A stretch of DNA of 64,000 nucleotides. Origin: an uncultured Candidatus Saccharibacteria bacterium. GTDB taxonomy: Bacteria > Patescibacteriota > Saccharimonadia > Saccharimonadales > CAIOMD01. The position numbers and the translations under genes are program-made. The DNA is taken from contig OY970318.1 of NCBI GenBank assembly GCA_963716565.1, positions 452,284 to 516,283 of the forward strand, written 5' to 3'. Below are positions 44,858 to 53,570 of the stretch, one piece after another (within the stretch, counting starts at the first letter, position 1; each line of letters begins with the position of its first letter). The notes beneath the pieces are model-generated. The model had not been told where the DNA came from and searched no databases. It saw only the letters and a program-made list of their open reading frames with translations.

Positions 44858-45723
44858 TACTCTAGTTTACCTTTTATCTGTTCATCTAGCCAGACGGCAG
44901 CATCTTCGGCAGAAGCAAACCACTTAATATCTTTATTGCGCTTAAACCAGGTAAGTTGCTTTTTTACCAAGCGCATATCGCTAATAATAAGATTGTTAAT
45001 AGCTTCTTCTTGGGTAATTGCGCCTTCTAGAAATGGTCTAAAGGTTTTATAAATTCCGCCCGTCATGGCCTCGCTTCCCCAGCCGTACTTCATAGAGACA
45101 TCTTTGATCTCGTCAATAACGCCTTCTTTAATCATCTGGCGGGCCCGTCTAGTAATTCGACCCTTTATGGTCTCTTTGTCTGGATTAATCCCAATGATAA
45201 GAGTACCCTCCGATAATATTTTTTTAGACGGGTTATCGCCTGCACGCTCCAGGGCCCTTATAAGATAGCGTTTGTTTTGGCAGTTTTGGGGCATTTGAAG
45301 GCCCTGAGACCGTATTTTAAGTTGTAGCTCCTCAATACTTAAGGTAGACAATGATTGCCTGAGCTCATCGTTAACAGGCGCTAAGCTGAAATCATAAATA
45401 ACAGCATTAATATATAAGCCACTACCACCCACAAGAATCGGTAAATGGTTTCTTTTACGAATCTCTTCAATCTTATTATCGGCATACCTCTTATAATCAG
45501 CCACCGTCATCTTCTGGCTAGGATCCACTAAGTCGAGACCCCAATGAGACACACCTTCTTGCTCGGTCTGGTTTGGCTTTGCCGTACCAATATCCATGTA
45601 TTTGTAAACCGTTCTAGAATCGGCGGCGATGATTTCACCGTTGTATTTTTGGGCAACATTAATAGATAGGGCTGTTTTGCCACTAGCAGTAGGTCCAACA
45701 ATAACTAGTAATTTTATTATCAT
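44857..45723 (-). CDS. miaA: tRNA dimethylallyltransferase
   Basis: The N-terminal P-loop is GPTASGKT, with ...ADSRTVYKYMDIGTAKP... and ...LVGGSGLY.... Confidence 0.88.
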   Translation of the reverse strand: MIIKLLVIVGPTASGKTALSINVAQKYNGEIIAADSRTVYKYMDIGTAKPNQTEQEGVSHWGLDLVDPSQKMTVADYKRYADNKIEEIRKRNHLPILVGGSGLYINAVIYDFSLAPVNDELRQSLSTLSIEELQLKIRSQGLQMPQNCQNKRYLIRALERAGDNPSKKILSEGTLIIGINPDKETIKGRITRRARQMIKEGVIDEIKDVSMKYGWGSEAMTGGIYKTFRPFLEGAITQEEAINNLIISDMRLVKKQLTWFKRNKDIKWFASAEDAAVWLDEQIKGKLE

Positions 45724-45779
45724 ATCTTTAAATACTTACAAAAGGTGGGCATTATCTCGCGTAGGTCATTCTTATAAGA

Positions 45780-47675
45780 CTACATTGACGTACGGCTAGT
45801 GTGCGATTTAGCTTCGTTGGCCACAGTTTTTAGCAAGTTACTTATTTTAATAGATGTCGCCTCTTTTACGGCTAAATCTTTTCTGATTCTGGGCAGGGTG
45901 GCTTTTTCTTGCACTTCTTTTTCACCAATAACTACAACATATGGAACTTTTTGCTCTTCGGCGGCGAAGATCTTCTTGCCCACAGATTCATTAGATCTAT
46001 CTATGGTTAATCTGACCCCTAGCTCTTTGGCCTCAGCCAAAATTTCTTCAGCATAAGCGGCGATTTTATCGGTCTGGTTAACTGTTACCAATCTGAGCTG
46101 TTCTGGAGCCAGCCATACCGGAAAGGCACCACCGTATTGTTCAATTAATAGGCCAATAAAGCGCTCCATAGAACCAAAGAGTGCCCGATGTAACAGATAT
46201 GGCCGCTCAGGCTTGCCCTCTTCGTTTATAAATGTCATATCGAAGCGCTCTGGCAAATTAAAGTCAAACTGCAAAGTTGAACATTGCCATTCTCGCCCGA
46301 TTACATCGTTAATTTTAAAATCCAACTTGGGACCATAAAAAGCCGCCTCGCCTATTTCTTCTACGTAATCAAGTTGTTTTTCATCTGACACTTCTCTTAA
46401 AAGCTTTTCTGTAAAATCCCAACCTTCATCATTGCCGGCATATTTGTCTTTGGCACTAGGATCTCTTAACGACAGATAAACTTTAACCGCATCTTGGTTA
46501 AAGCCAAAAGCTTTGTAGATATCTAAAATAAAATCGATTACCCTTTTTAGCTCATCTTTTGTTTGGCTTTGGCGGCAAATAATATGCGCATCGTCTTGGG
46601 TGAAGCCCCTAACCCTTGTTAGGCCAGATAGCTCGCCGGTCTTCTCATATCTGTAAACCGTACCCATTTCGGCCCATCTTAACGGTAAATCCCTGTAAGA
46701 GTGCTGGCCGTCTTTATAAATCTGAACGTGAAACGGGCAGTTCATTGGCTTTAACAGATACTGTTCGGACTTCTCTGGGCCCTTAGAAAACTTTGAGTTT
46801 TCTAGGCTTTGACCGGCTTCGAATGGTGGATACATACTGCCACTATAGAATCCCCAATGACCCGACTTTTCCCATAACATCTGGTTACCTATATGAGGGG
46901 TCCTAACTAAGTCATAGCCGTTGTTAAGATGCTCTTTATACCAGTAGTCCTCTACCAATCGCCAAATCATAGCGCCTTTGGGATGCCACAATACTAGGCC
47001 AGCACCAACGGCGCTATCGATGTGATATAAATTGAGGTTTTTGCCGATTAATCGATGATCGCGTTTTTTAGCTTCTTCGATATTTTGCAGATACGTTTCT
47101 AGTTCTGCCTGTTCGGCAAAAGCAGCCGCATATAACCGTTGCATTTGAGGGTTCGTATCTTTGCCCCGCCAGTAGGCCCCAGCAACCTTTATCAACTTAA
47201 AAGCTCCGGCTTGGGACGTATTATCTATGTGCGGCCCCCGACATAAGTCCTGGAAACCGCCCGTTTTATAAAAAGTGACTGTTTTTAAATCTTTATCGGC
47301 TTTAGCCACAACCATATCTACCGATTCAAGATCTTTTAGGCTCGTTGTGCCAGATTGTTTTAAGTCTTTTAGCAACTCAAGCTTATAGGGTTGATTATTG
47401 TCTTCGGCCCATTTAATTGCTTCATCTATATCTACTTCGACTTTTTTAAACTCTTCTTTATCGGCAACTATCTTTTGCATTTGGGCTTCGATTTTAGCAA
47501 AATCTTCTTCGGATATAACTTCTTTGCCTAGATCAAAGTCATAGTAGAATCCATTATCAATTACCGGCCCTACACCCAGCTTTGCCTTAGGCCATAGCTT
47601 TGTTACAGCCGCAGCCATAATATGCGCCAAGCTGTGTCGCATTGCTTCTAGTTCTGATGATGATATGTGGGCCAC
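45780..47675 (-). CDS. thrS: Threonyl-tRNA synthetase (GTG start)
   Basis: The protein is 631 aa. Class II motifs and the zinc site context are present (MNCPFH, GFTQDDAHI, FYGPKLDF, HRALFGSMERF). An anticodon-binding domain follows. Confidence 0.92.
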   Translation of the reverse strand: MAHISSSELEAMRHSLAHIMAAAVTKLWPKAKLGVGPVIDNGFYYDFDLGKEVISEEDFAKIEAQMQKIVADKEEFKKVEVDIDEAIKWAEDNNQPYKLELLKDLKQSGTTSLKDLESVDMVVAKADKDLKTVTFYKTGGFQDLCRGPHIDNTSQAGAFKLIKVAGAYWRGKDTNPQMQRLYAAAFAEQAELETYLQNIEEAKKRDHRLIGKNLNLYHIDSAVGAGLVLWHPKGAMIWRLVEDYWYKEHLNNGYDLVRTPHIGNQMLWEKSGHWGFYSGSMYPPFEAGQSLENSKFSKGPEKSEQYLLKPMNCPFHVQIYKDGQHSYRDLPLRWAEMGTVYRYEKTGELSGLTRVRGFTQDDAHIICRQSQTKDELKRVIDFILDIYKAFGFNQDAVKVYLSLRDPSAKDKYAGNDEGWDFTEKLLREVSDEKQLDYVEEIGEAAFYGPKLDFKINDVIGREWQCSTLQFDFNLPERFDMTFINEEGKPERPYLLHRALFGSMERFIGLLIEQYGGAFPVWLAPEQLRLVTVNQTDKIAAYAEEILAEAKELGVRLTIDRSNESVGKKIFAAEEQKVPYVVVIGEKEVQEKATLPRIRKDLAVKEATSIKISNLLKTVANEAKSHTSRTSM

Positions 47676-47703
47676 TTTAAAATCCCCTTTCTAATATTGT
47701 ACT

Positions 47704-47976
47704 AAATCAAAACGCACGAGTCATTCAGATTGTACGACATGGTCGTTTCTAAATGCTCGTGCGTCTCGGGTCCTGTTTACACTAGGACGGTTCCACCGGA
47801 CTTCCTTTTTTGGCTTATCTCTTCTCGCAGATCTTATAAAAGACAAGTTTATCAAAAAAGGCACTCTTGAGACCGCGATAACGTTCGCTGTCACTGCCGA
47901 CGGAGCTGGTACAGATGGTTAGACTGCGTCAACGCTCTGCTACCAGTTTAACACACCTGACAAAACTTCACCTGTG
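47704..47976 (-). promoter_or_regulatory. T-box leader (tRNA-sensing riboswitch) of thrS
   Basis: The minus strand shows an extended -10 TGTGTATACT (47992-47983). The T-box core is AAGUCCGGUGGAACCGUCC (47801-47783). The antiterminator helix is GTCCGG/CCGAGAC with a 7-nt bulge TGGAACC. A mutually exclusive terminator ACGCACGAG-N31-CTCGTGCGT plus TTTTGATTT follows, and ACC-A triplets at 47919-47916 and 47910-47907 are specifier candidates. Confidence 0.72.
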
Positions 47977-48210
47977 CTCGCTAGTATACACAAGCTAGCC
48001 TTTCATTGCTAGTACTTTCTTATCCACAGCATGTGGATACTTGTCATTGCCCTTTATGACTGCTATATTACCCTCTAGTTCCTTGAAGTTTTGTGATTTG
48101 CCAAATTTATAAACCAAACTTTGGCTGTTTGTAAATTTGAGAGGAGAACGCGAGTTTTAAGTCGAAGCTCCGGCAACTGCCGGACGAGACACAAACTCGT
48201 CGTTAGACGA

Positions 48211-48287
48211 GGGTTCTTAGCTCAGTTGGCTAGAGCGCTTCCTTGACGTGGAAGAGGTCAGAGGTTCGAATCCTCTAGGACCCACCA
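48211..48287 (+). tRNA. tRNA-Val (anticodon GAC), CCA encoded
   Basis: GGGTTCTTAGCTCAGTTGGCTAGAGCGCTTCCTTGACGTGGAAGAGGTCAGAGGTTCGAATCCTCTAGGACCCACCA. Confidence 0.9.
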
Positions 48288-48298
48288 AAAAAATTATT

Positions 48299-48790
48299 AT
48301 GGCCAATAAATCTAACAGACCAAGCTGGGACGAATACTTTCTAAAGTTAGCGATGCTGGCGTCAGAAAGAGCCACTTGCCCACGCATGCACTGTGGTTGC
48401 GTATTGGTTAAAGATAAAAACGTTGTTGCCACTGGTTATAATGGCTCTATACCTGGCGATGAACATTGCGAAGACGTAGGCTGCTTGGTTGTAAATGACC
48501 ACTGCGAAAGAACCAACCATGCAGAGATGAATGCATTGGCACAGGCTGCAAAATGGGGTCACCCCATTAATGGCGCGACCGCTTATGTCACCAATATGTC
48601 CTGTACGGTTTGCTCTAAGGCCTTAATAGCGTCTGGGATAACAAGAATCGTGGTTTTTTCTAACTACCACGACACCCTAGCTACCGATTTCTTCAAAAAA
48701 GCTGGCGTAACTATAGACAGATTGCCAATGCCCAAAGCCACAATAAATTATGATTTAAAGAGCTACCCTTCTTCTAGAAACAACCAGTAG
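48299..48790 (+). CDS. comEB: dCMP deaminase (ComEB-type cytidine/deoxycytidylate deaminase)
   Basis: The zinc motifs are HAEMNAL and PCTVCSKALI-type (SCTVCSKAL). The track start at 48248 lies inside tRNA-Val, so the true start is ATG 48299 (MANKSNRPSWDEYF). Confidence 0.85.
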   Translation: MANKSNRPSWDEYFLKLAMLASERATCPRMHCGCVLVKDKNVVATGYNGSIPGDEHCEDVGCLVVNDHCERTNHAEMNALAQAAKWGHPINGATAYVTNMSCTVCSKALIASGITRIVVFSNYHDTLATDFFKKAGVTIDRLPMPKATINYDLKSYPSSRNNQ

Positions 48791-49543
48791 CTACTTAAGC
48801 CTGTACTTGCCGGACCATTTTTTGTAACTAATCTGTAAAAGCTCTTTTAGGGTGTTCAGATTAGCGTGTATTTCTGACTCGCCCACCAGACCCATCTTGC
48901 CAATTTTAGGATCGTACCAATCAGTAATACGTATTTTCTTTATCTTATATCTAGCGACCTTGGCCCTAACTAGTATCTCAATATCAAAACCCCAGGCCAT
49001 AGTTTCTAGGGGTTTAAACAATCTTTCGGCCACCTCAGCCGTAAAAGCCTTAAAACCACACTGAGTATCAGAGATGCCAGGCACTGCTAGGGTTCTTATC
49101 ATAATATTGGATACTACCGAGCGAAGCCGTCTAAAATAAGTTTTATGCACCCTGGCTAAAGGCCTAACACCTATAACCACGTCAGCTCCCGCTTCTAAAT
49201 AATCAAAAGCTTTAGATATATGCTTTGGTGGAGTTGCCATGTCAGCATCGGTAAATAGCACGTAATCACCCCTAGCCGCTAGCACGCCAGCTCTAACATC
49301 CCGCCCTTTGCCAACTTTTTTGCCTGGCTCCACCAAAGTAAAATACTTAAATAAATGGCCACTCTGTTTAGCCAGCTTAGCGGTGCCATCTTTACTATCT
49401 GCAGCAACTACTACAACCTCTGTTTGGTTAAATTTTCCTATGTCTTTGCCCAGCGTGCTGGCTAGTTCTTGCAAGCTTTTTTCAATGACCATAGCTTCAC
49501 TATAAGCTGGCACAACAACTGTGTATTTAATGTTTTTTAGCAT
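48791..49543 (-). CDS. Family 2 glycosyltransferase (polyprenyl-phosphate sugar synthase-like)
   Basis: VVVPAYSE, FTDADM (a DxD-like motif) and a 250-aa length are typical of the Dpm1/GtrB-like GT2 family. Confidence 0.75.
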   Translation of the reverse strand: MLKNIKYTVVVPAYSEAMVIEKSLQELASTLGKDIGKFNQTEVVVVAADSKDGTAKLAKQSGHLFKYFTLVEPGKKVGKGRDVRAGVLAARGDYVLFTDADMATPPKHISKAFDYLEAGADVVIGVRPLARVHKTYFRRLRSVVSNIMIRTLAVPGISDTQCGFKAFTAEVAERLFKPLETMAWGFDIEILVRAKVARYKIKKIRITDWYDPKIGKMGLVGESEIHANLNTLKELLQISYKKWSGKYRLK

Positions 49544-49607
49544 GTTCTTATTCTAATATAATCTGTCTGATTATCATCATAAATAGTGAGCAATACCTTA
49601 GTCTGCA

Positions 49608-49829
49608 TTTACTTTTCTATACTTTTCTGGTATAATACTTATGTTAAACGAGGCGTTTTGTTTGAGTAACGATTCACCGTTAGACGGCTTTAAGCTGTTC
49701 TACGAAGAACTGCGCTCTTCAAGAAAGTTAGCCAACCGCGTTAGACGCTTGCGTCGAAGTGCAGCTGCTAGCTAACGAACAGTTCAACAAAGGTAAAAGA
49801 CGTGTTTTGCACAAAGACACGTCTTTTTT
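49608..49829 (+). ncRNA. Candidate small RNA or terminator-containing leader upstream of the NrdR-like gene
   Basis: TTTACT is followed by 17 nt and TGGTATAAT (an extended -10, 49628-49636). About 150 nt of relatively GC-rich sequence follows, with the repeated motif CGTTAGACG (49678-49686 and 49738-49746). The terminator AAGACGTGT-N11-ACACGTCTT plus TTTTT spans 49797-49829, 40 nt before the ATG at 49869. Confidence 0.45.
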
Positions 49830-49868
49830 CCACTAGAATTATTATCAGCTGTATGTCAATATATTGTC

Positions 49869-50345
49869 ATGGTTTGTATTTATTGTGGCAATAAAACAAA
49901 TATCGTTAACAGCCGCTTAATTAAAAAATCTGGCCAAAAATGGCGCAGGCACAAGTGCCCTAGTTGCAGTGCCCTATTTACCTCTATAGAAGACTACTTA
50001 TTGGACGCCTGCCTGATGGTAAAGCCTATAAGCAACAAGCCCGAACCATTCTGCCGCGATAAATTGTTCTTAAGCATTTACCAATCTATTAGCCATTTAG
50101 ATAACAGCGTCTACGTTGCCGGTGAGCTGACTCAAACAATAATTAGTAAACTGATATCCAAAAAGCCCTTTGCCCCAACTATCAACACCAGCGACATCAG
50201 TTGTGCGGCATTAACGGTTCTAAAGCGCTACAACGCCGCGGCAGCCGTATATTATGTTTCTGTACGCCAGCCAATACCCCTGGCTAACGACGTAAAACGC
50301 GTTTTAAGAGATAACCGTAGCCATTCCAATACAAAATGGCTATAA
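49869..50345 (+). CDS. Divergent NrdR-like protein (zinc ribbon + degenerate ATP-cone), second paralog in window
   Basis: MVCIYCGNKTNIVNSRLIKKSGQKWRRHKCPSCSALFTSIE aligns by eye with the NrdR N-terminus (CxxC..V.dSR...RRR.C..C..RFTT.E). The rest is ATP-cone length, but the conserved VAYIRFASVY block is degenerate (AAAAVYYVSV). Confidence 0.6.
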   Translation: MVCIYCGNKTNIVNSRLIKKSGQKWRRHKCPSCSALFTSIEDYLLDACLMVKPISNKPEPFCRDKLFLSIYQSISHLDNSVYVAGELTQTIISKLISKKPFAPTINTSDISCAALTVLKRYNAAAAVYYVSVRQPIPLANDVKRVLRDNRSHSNTKWL

Positions 50346-50346
50346 G

Positions 50347-51957
50347 CTATTTTTTGACTGCTTTTTCGGTAATATCGAACTTACCTAGATAACGCTTAAA
50401 AATCAATCTGGTTTGGGAGTCTAGTGAAGCAAGGCTGTTAAAGATGATGGTGGTAAACGGCAGATATATCCACTGCAGAATCATGTAAAAACTATGGCGC
50501 TTTTTGTATCTTAGCGGTTTAGGTGGTAATAACTTTATGGACAGATACATGCTGCAGAATAGCCCCGCCATAGCTACAGTTTGAATTCGACTAGCTATCA
50601 CCGGTAGCTGGTTGGCCACTAAATCCATTCTAGAATGGGGGGCAATGTACAAAGGCACGAAAGCGCCCAATAACAGTAGTAGGGGTGCCGTTGCCCAAGA
50701 CCAGTGGCTTTCAATTAATCTGGCAGTTTTTACTAGCAAATCCCATTTGGGTACAATATTTTTTTCTCGCCAGCCTTTTTGGAGAACATAAGCTACATCG
50801 CTTGCCCCCCAAGCCCAGCGTCTAATCTGCTTATATTGAGTTTTCATGGTACCTCTTAATGTACTCGTCAGAACAGCGTCTTGGTAAATAGGCACCATTA
50901 TTGATTTAACTTCGTGCTGGCCATTGAATCTAAAATAGGTTCGCCAAAATTGGTGGCCATCTTCTACTATTGTTCTGACGCTCCAATAATCGGTATCTAC
51001 AATGGCCTGCATACTTTGTGAATGAGAAGAAAAGTTGCGAATAAGATGAGGTCTCAGAGATAAGACTATATTCCAAAAAGAGTTACCAGCAGCAATCACG
51101 CGCATGGGTGCTGGGGCATCCCAGATATTGTTAGTAAACAGAGTTACTGGCTGAAACGAAGTGTGTATTGGGTCCGGGCAGGCTAAAAAGGCGTAAGTTA
51201 CAGCCGCAAAGTACTGGGGATGGGGCCGGTTATCGGCATCCAGCGTAGTAACAACAACCTTACCGTAAGGAATCCTTTGTTCATCTAAATAATCCCTTAA
51301 TCTTTTGCCGGCAAAAGTAATGTTACCGCCCTTGCCTATTACTTCGCCGGGTATCTTATCTGGATGCTTTACTGCTTCGGCATAATAAAAACGATGGCCA
51401 TATTCTTCTATTAGGCTCTTACATACTTGCTCGGCCTGTTCGCCGTAGCGGGCTTCGTAAGCTAAAACTAAAATCATCTTTTTGGTATCGTAATTACAAT
51501 TAAGGATGCTTTTAATAGTTGGCTCTACAACATCACGTCCTTCTATAGAAACCGCGATCATTACAGCATGCAAGAGCTCACCTAGATGCATTCTATCTTC
51601 GGACTTAAGATGATCGGCCATTAGGTTCCTGCGATGCCAATCTGGCGCCACACCCTGTTCGTAGTGCTCAAAAGCCTTCTGGGGATTATCTAATTCCCTC
51701 AACAACCTAGGCCAATCATAGGCCATTACCTGATTAATCTTTCTGTAGCCCTGGTACATCCGTACATTTAAGCCAACGGTTTTTACAAACCAAAGAAGTA
51801 AAAAAGCAATTATAAAATAGGCCGCCAATGTTGGGCTTATTAGGCTTAAAACTATGGGCAAGGCCAGCGTTGACCAACTAAGCAAACCGGGAATCATCTC
51901 AAAAAAGCGATAAAGAGCGTCGCGCTCTTTCACTGTAGGGATTTCAATATTTCTCAT
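50347..51957 (-). CDS. Processive family 2 glycosyltransferase (cellulose/chitin-synthase-like, membrane-embedded)
   Basis: The protein is 536 aa with N- and C-terminal TM helices. TTLDADNRP (DxD) and QIRRWAWG (QxxRW) are present. Confidence 0.75.
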   Translation of the reverse strand: MRNIEIPTVKERDALYRFFEMIPGLLSWSTLALPIVLSLISPTLAAYFIIAFLLLWFVKTVGLNVRMYQGYRKINQVMAYDWPRLLRELDNPQKAFEHYEQGVAPDWHRRNLMADHLKSEDRMHLGELLHAVMIAVSIEGRDVVEPTIKSILNCNYDTKKMILVLAYEARYGEQAEQVCKSLIEEYGHRFYYAEAVKHPDKIPGEVIGKGGNITFAGKRLRDYLDEQRIPYGKVVVTTLDADNRPHPQYFAAVTYAFLACPDPIHTSFQPVTLFTNNIWDAPAPMRVIAAGNSFWNIVLSLRPHLIRNFSSHSQSMQAIVDTDYWSVRTIVEDGHQFWRTYFRFNGQHEVKSIMVPIYQDAVLTSTLRGTMKTQYKQIRRWAWGASDVAYVLQKGWREKNIVPKWDLLVKTARLIESHWSWATAPLLLLLGAFVPLYIAPHSRMDLVANQLPVIASRIQTVAMAGLFCSMYLSIKLLPPKPLRYKKRHSFYMILQWIYLPFTTIIFNSLASLDSQTRLIFKRYLGKFDITEKAVKK

Positions 51958-52307
51958 TATTGAAGATTTAAGATTGCGCCACTGATTATAAGATTAAAGA
52001 ATAAGGCCACAACTGCTAAAGATAGCACCAGTATGCTTAAAGTTCGGCGACGACGATAAACTTTTGCACTAACCAAAATGGATGTTATCGCCACCACAAC
52101 CGCCATTATTACGAAGCCGTAAAGCTGTGATACGCTTGCCCTTTCAAACCCAGCCAGCCCTAAAGACACCTGGTACCTGATAATCGAAACTGATTGAGTA
52201 GTATCTATGCGGATAGCTGTTGCTACAACGTTAACAACCGCCCCTAATAGAACTATGAAGTTCAAAAAGAGCATTGTTCTATCTTGAAAATATTTTTTTG
52301 TAAACAT
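51957..52307 (-). CDS. Hypothetical small membrane protein (3-4 TM)
   Basis: The 116-aa hydrophobic ORF shares a start/stop overlap with the GT2 gene (ATGA-type coupling). Confidence 0.55.
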   Translation of the reverse strand: MFTKKYFQDRTMLFLNFIVLLGAVVNVVATAIRIDTTQSVSIIRYQVSLGLAGFERASVSQLYGFVIMAVVVAITSILVSAKVYRRRRTLSILVLSLAVVALFFNLIISGAILNLQ

Positions 52308-52369
52308 CTGCCTATTTATTATACCTATACTTTACGTAATTGCCGCTAACCGCTCGAATTATCGAACTC

Positions 52370-52443
52370 TGGTGCGAGATACGAGAATCAAACTCGTACC
52401 TCTTGCTTGGGAAGCAAGCGTACTATCACTATACTAATCTCGC
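52370..52443 (-). tRNA. tRNA-Gly (anticodon UCC), CCA encoded
   Basis: GCGAGATTAGTATAGTGATAGTACGCTTGCTTCCCAAGCAAGAGGTACGAGTTTGATTCTCGTATCTCGCACCA. Confidence 0.9.
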
Positions 52444-52444
52444 G

Positions 52445-52520
52445 TGGAGCCGACAAGCGGGGTCGAACCGCTGACCTACGCTTTACGAAAGCGCCGCTCT
52501 ACCAACTGAGCTATGTCGGC
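52445..52520 (-). tRNA. tRNA-Thr (anticodon CGU), CCA encoded, discriminator U
   Basis: GCCGACATAGCTCAGTTGGTAGAGCGGCGCTTTCGTAAAGCGTAGGTCAGCGGTTCGACCCCGCTTGTCGGCTCCA. A single nucleotide separates it from tRNA-Gly. Confidence 0.9.
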
Positions 52521-52605
52521 TTAAAAGGCTCTGTTCTTAGTAATAATATCAAATCTACCTCTGTTTACACAATAAACGCCCAATTTGGATATCAATCAGC
52601 TTAGA

Positions 52606-52634
52606 TTGACTTTTTCTTCGTTTCTTTGTATAAT
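52606..52634 (+). promoter_or_regulatory. Consensus sigma70-type promoter of the GC-rich cassette
   Basis: TTGACT (52606-52611), an exact 17-nt spacer, then TATAAT (52629-52634). Confidence 0.65.
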
Positions 52635-52691
52635 ATACATTAGTAGAGGTGGCAAAGGGCTGCCTCGCACGTTTCCAAGGAGGTGAGGTCT

Positions 52692-53570
52692 GTGGACGTC
52701 CCGCGTAACAGTTGGACTGATGGTGGCTGGAATGGCAAGCTAGATCAGTTCCTTCCATTGGCACGTTGGATGGGGATTCATTCCCCCAATCCAACACCGG
52801 ACGAGCTTCAGAGTCTCTACCGTGTCGTGTCGTCGAAGGTTTTTGCGGATTCAATCCCGCAGATTCTGGAGAGGACCAAGATGACAGAGGAACAACTCTG
52901 TCGTAAGTTGAGCCAGCGTTGGGGATGTTTGGGTATCGGCAACGCTATCCCACCCCGCTCGCTCAAAGAAGGTCGCTGCAATCCGAGTTCACTATCGGGT
53001 GCTGTGGCTTTTGTAGTCGGCGGAACGGTAAGCTGGATGAGCCTCAGGCTCAACCAGACTTTGCTCGTTCAGCAGGCTGGTGCCGAGTTCGAGCGTGTCA
53101 TCATGCTCGGAAGCTCCCGCGTATGTAATGCCGGAGCTGACAGGCGGCACCCTTACATACAGGGAGTTTTCCCTGAAGGCAGAGAACCGACAGAGGTTGA
53201 AGTACTCCGTCAGTGGGTGTACGGAACCGGTCAGGTCAACAAACAGTTCATCTTTCCGGAGTTGCCAGAATCAGAGAAGCCGCTCAGTCTTGAGCAGCAA
53301 CTTCAGCATCTGGTCGCTTCCGGGCAGTGCCAAGAACTGGTTGGTGACCGCAAGGTCTTTGTAGCGGTCAATGGGGGCAACGCCCTCTACATACCGCTAC
53401 ACATCCGTAGCATCCTAAGGCTGAACGACATTTGGTTCAGTCAGCCAGCCAGCACATTGGTACATCCCGTACCAGAGTACTGGTGGCCCAGCGATCAGGC
53501 CTTGATGACAATCCCGGCAGGAATCATCCGCCTGTGGATTGAACTCAAAGCCAACGGCTGCATCAGCTAG
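52692..53570 (+). CDS. Hypothetical protein, compositionally foreign (GC-rich, Trp/Cys-rich), no recognisable family
   Basis: Only one long ORF spans the GC-rich block. AAGGAGGTGA (52677-52686) lies 5 nt before GTG 52692; the track start GTG 52683 lies inside the SD. Codon third positions are G/C-biased, unlike neighbouring genes. I see no P-loop, HExxH or other motif I can name. Confidence 0.7.
   Translation: MDVPRNSWTDGGWNGKLDQFLPLARWMGIHSPNPTPDELQSLYRVVSSKVFADSIPQILERTKMTEEQLCRKLSQRWGCLGIGNAIPPRSLKEGRCNPSSLSGAVAFVVGGTVSWMSLRLNQTLLVQQAGAEFERVIMLGSSRVCNAGADRRHPYIQGVFPEGREPTEVEVLRQWVYGTGQVNKQFIFPELPESEKPLSLEQQLQHLVASGQCQELVGDRKVFVAVNGGNALYIPLHIRSILRLNDIWFSQPASTLVHPVPEYWWPSDQALMTIPAGIIRLWIELKANGCIS

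Noticed and set aside
48217-48432. A minus-strand 71-aa ORF and the extended 5' part of the 48248 ORF, both overlapping tRNA-Val; likewise 53757-53984 over tRNA-Asp and 52407-52604 over tRNA-Thr/Gly.
   Set aside because: They overlap clear tRNA genes, and the real dCMP deaminase start is the ATG at 48299.
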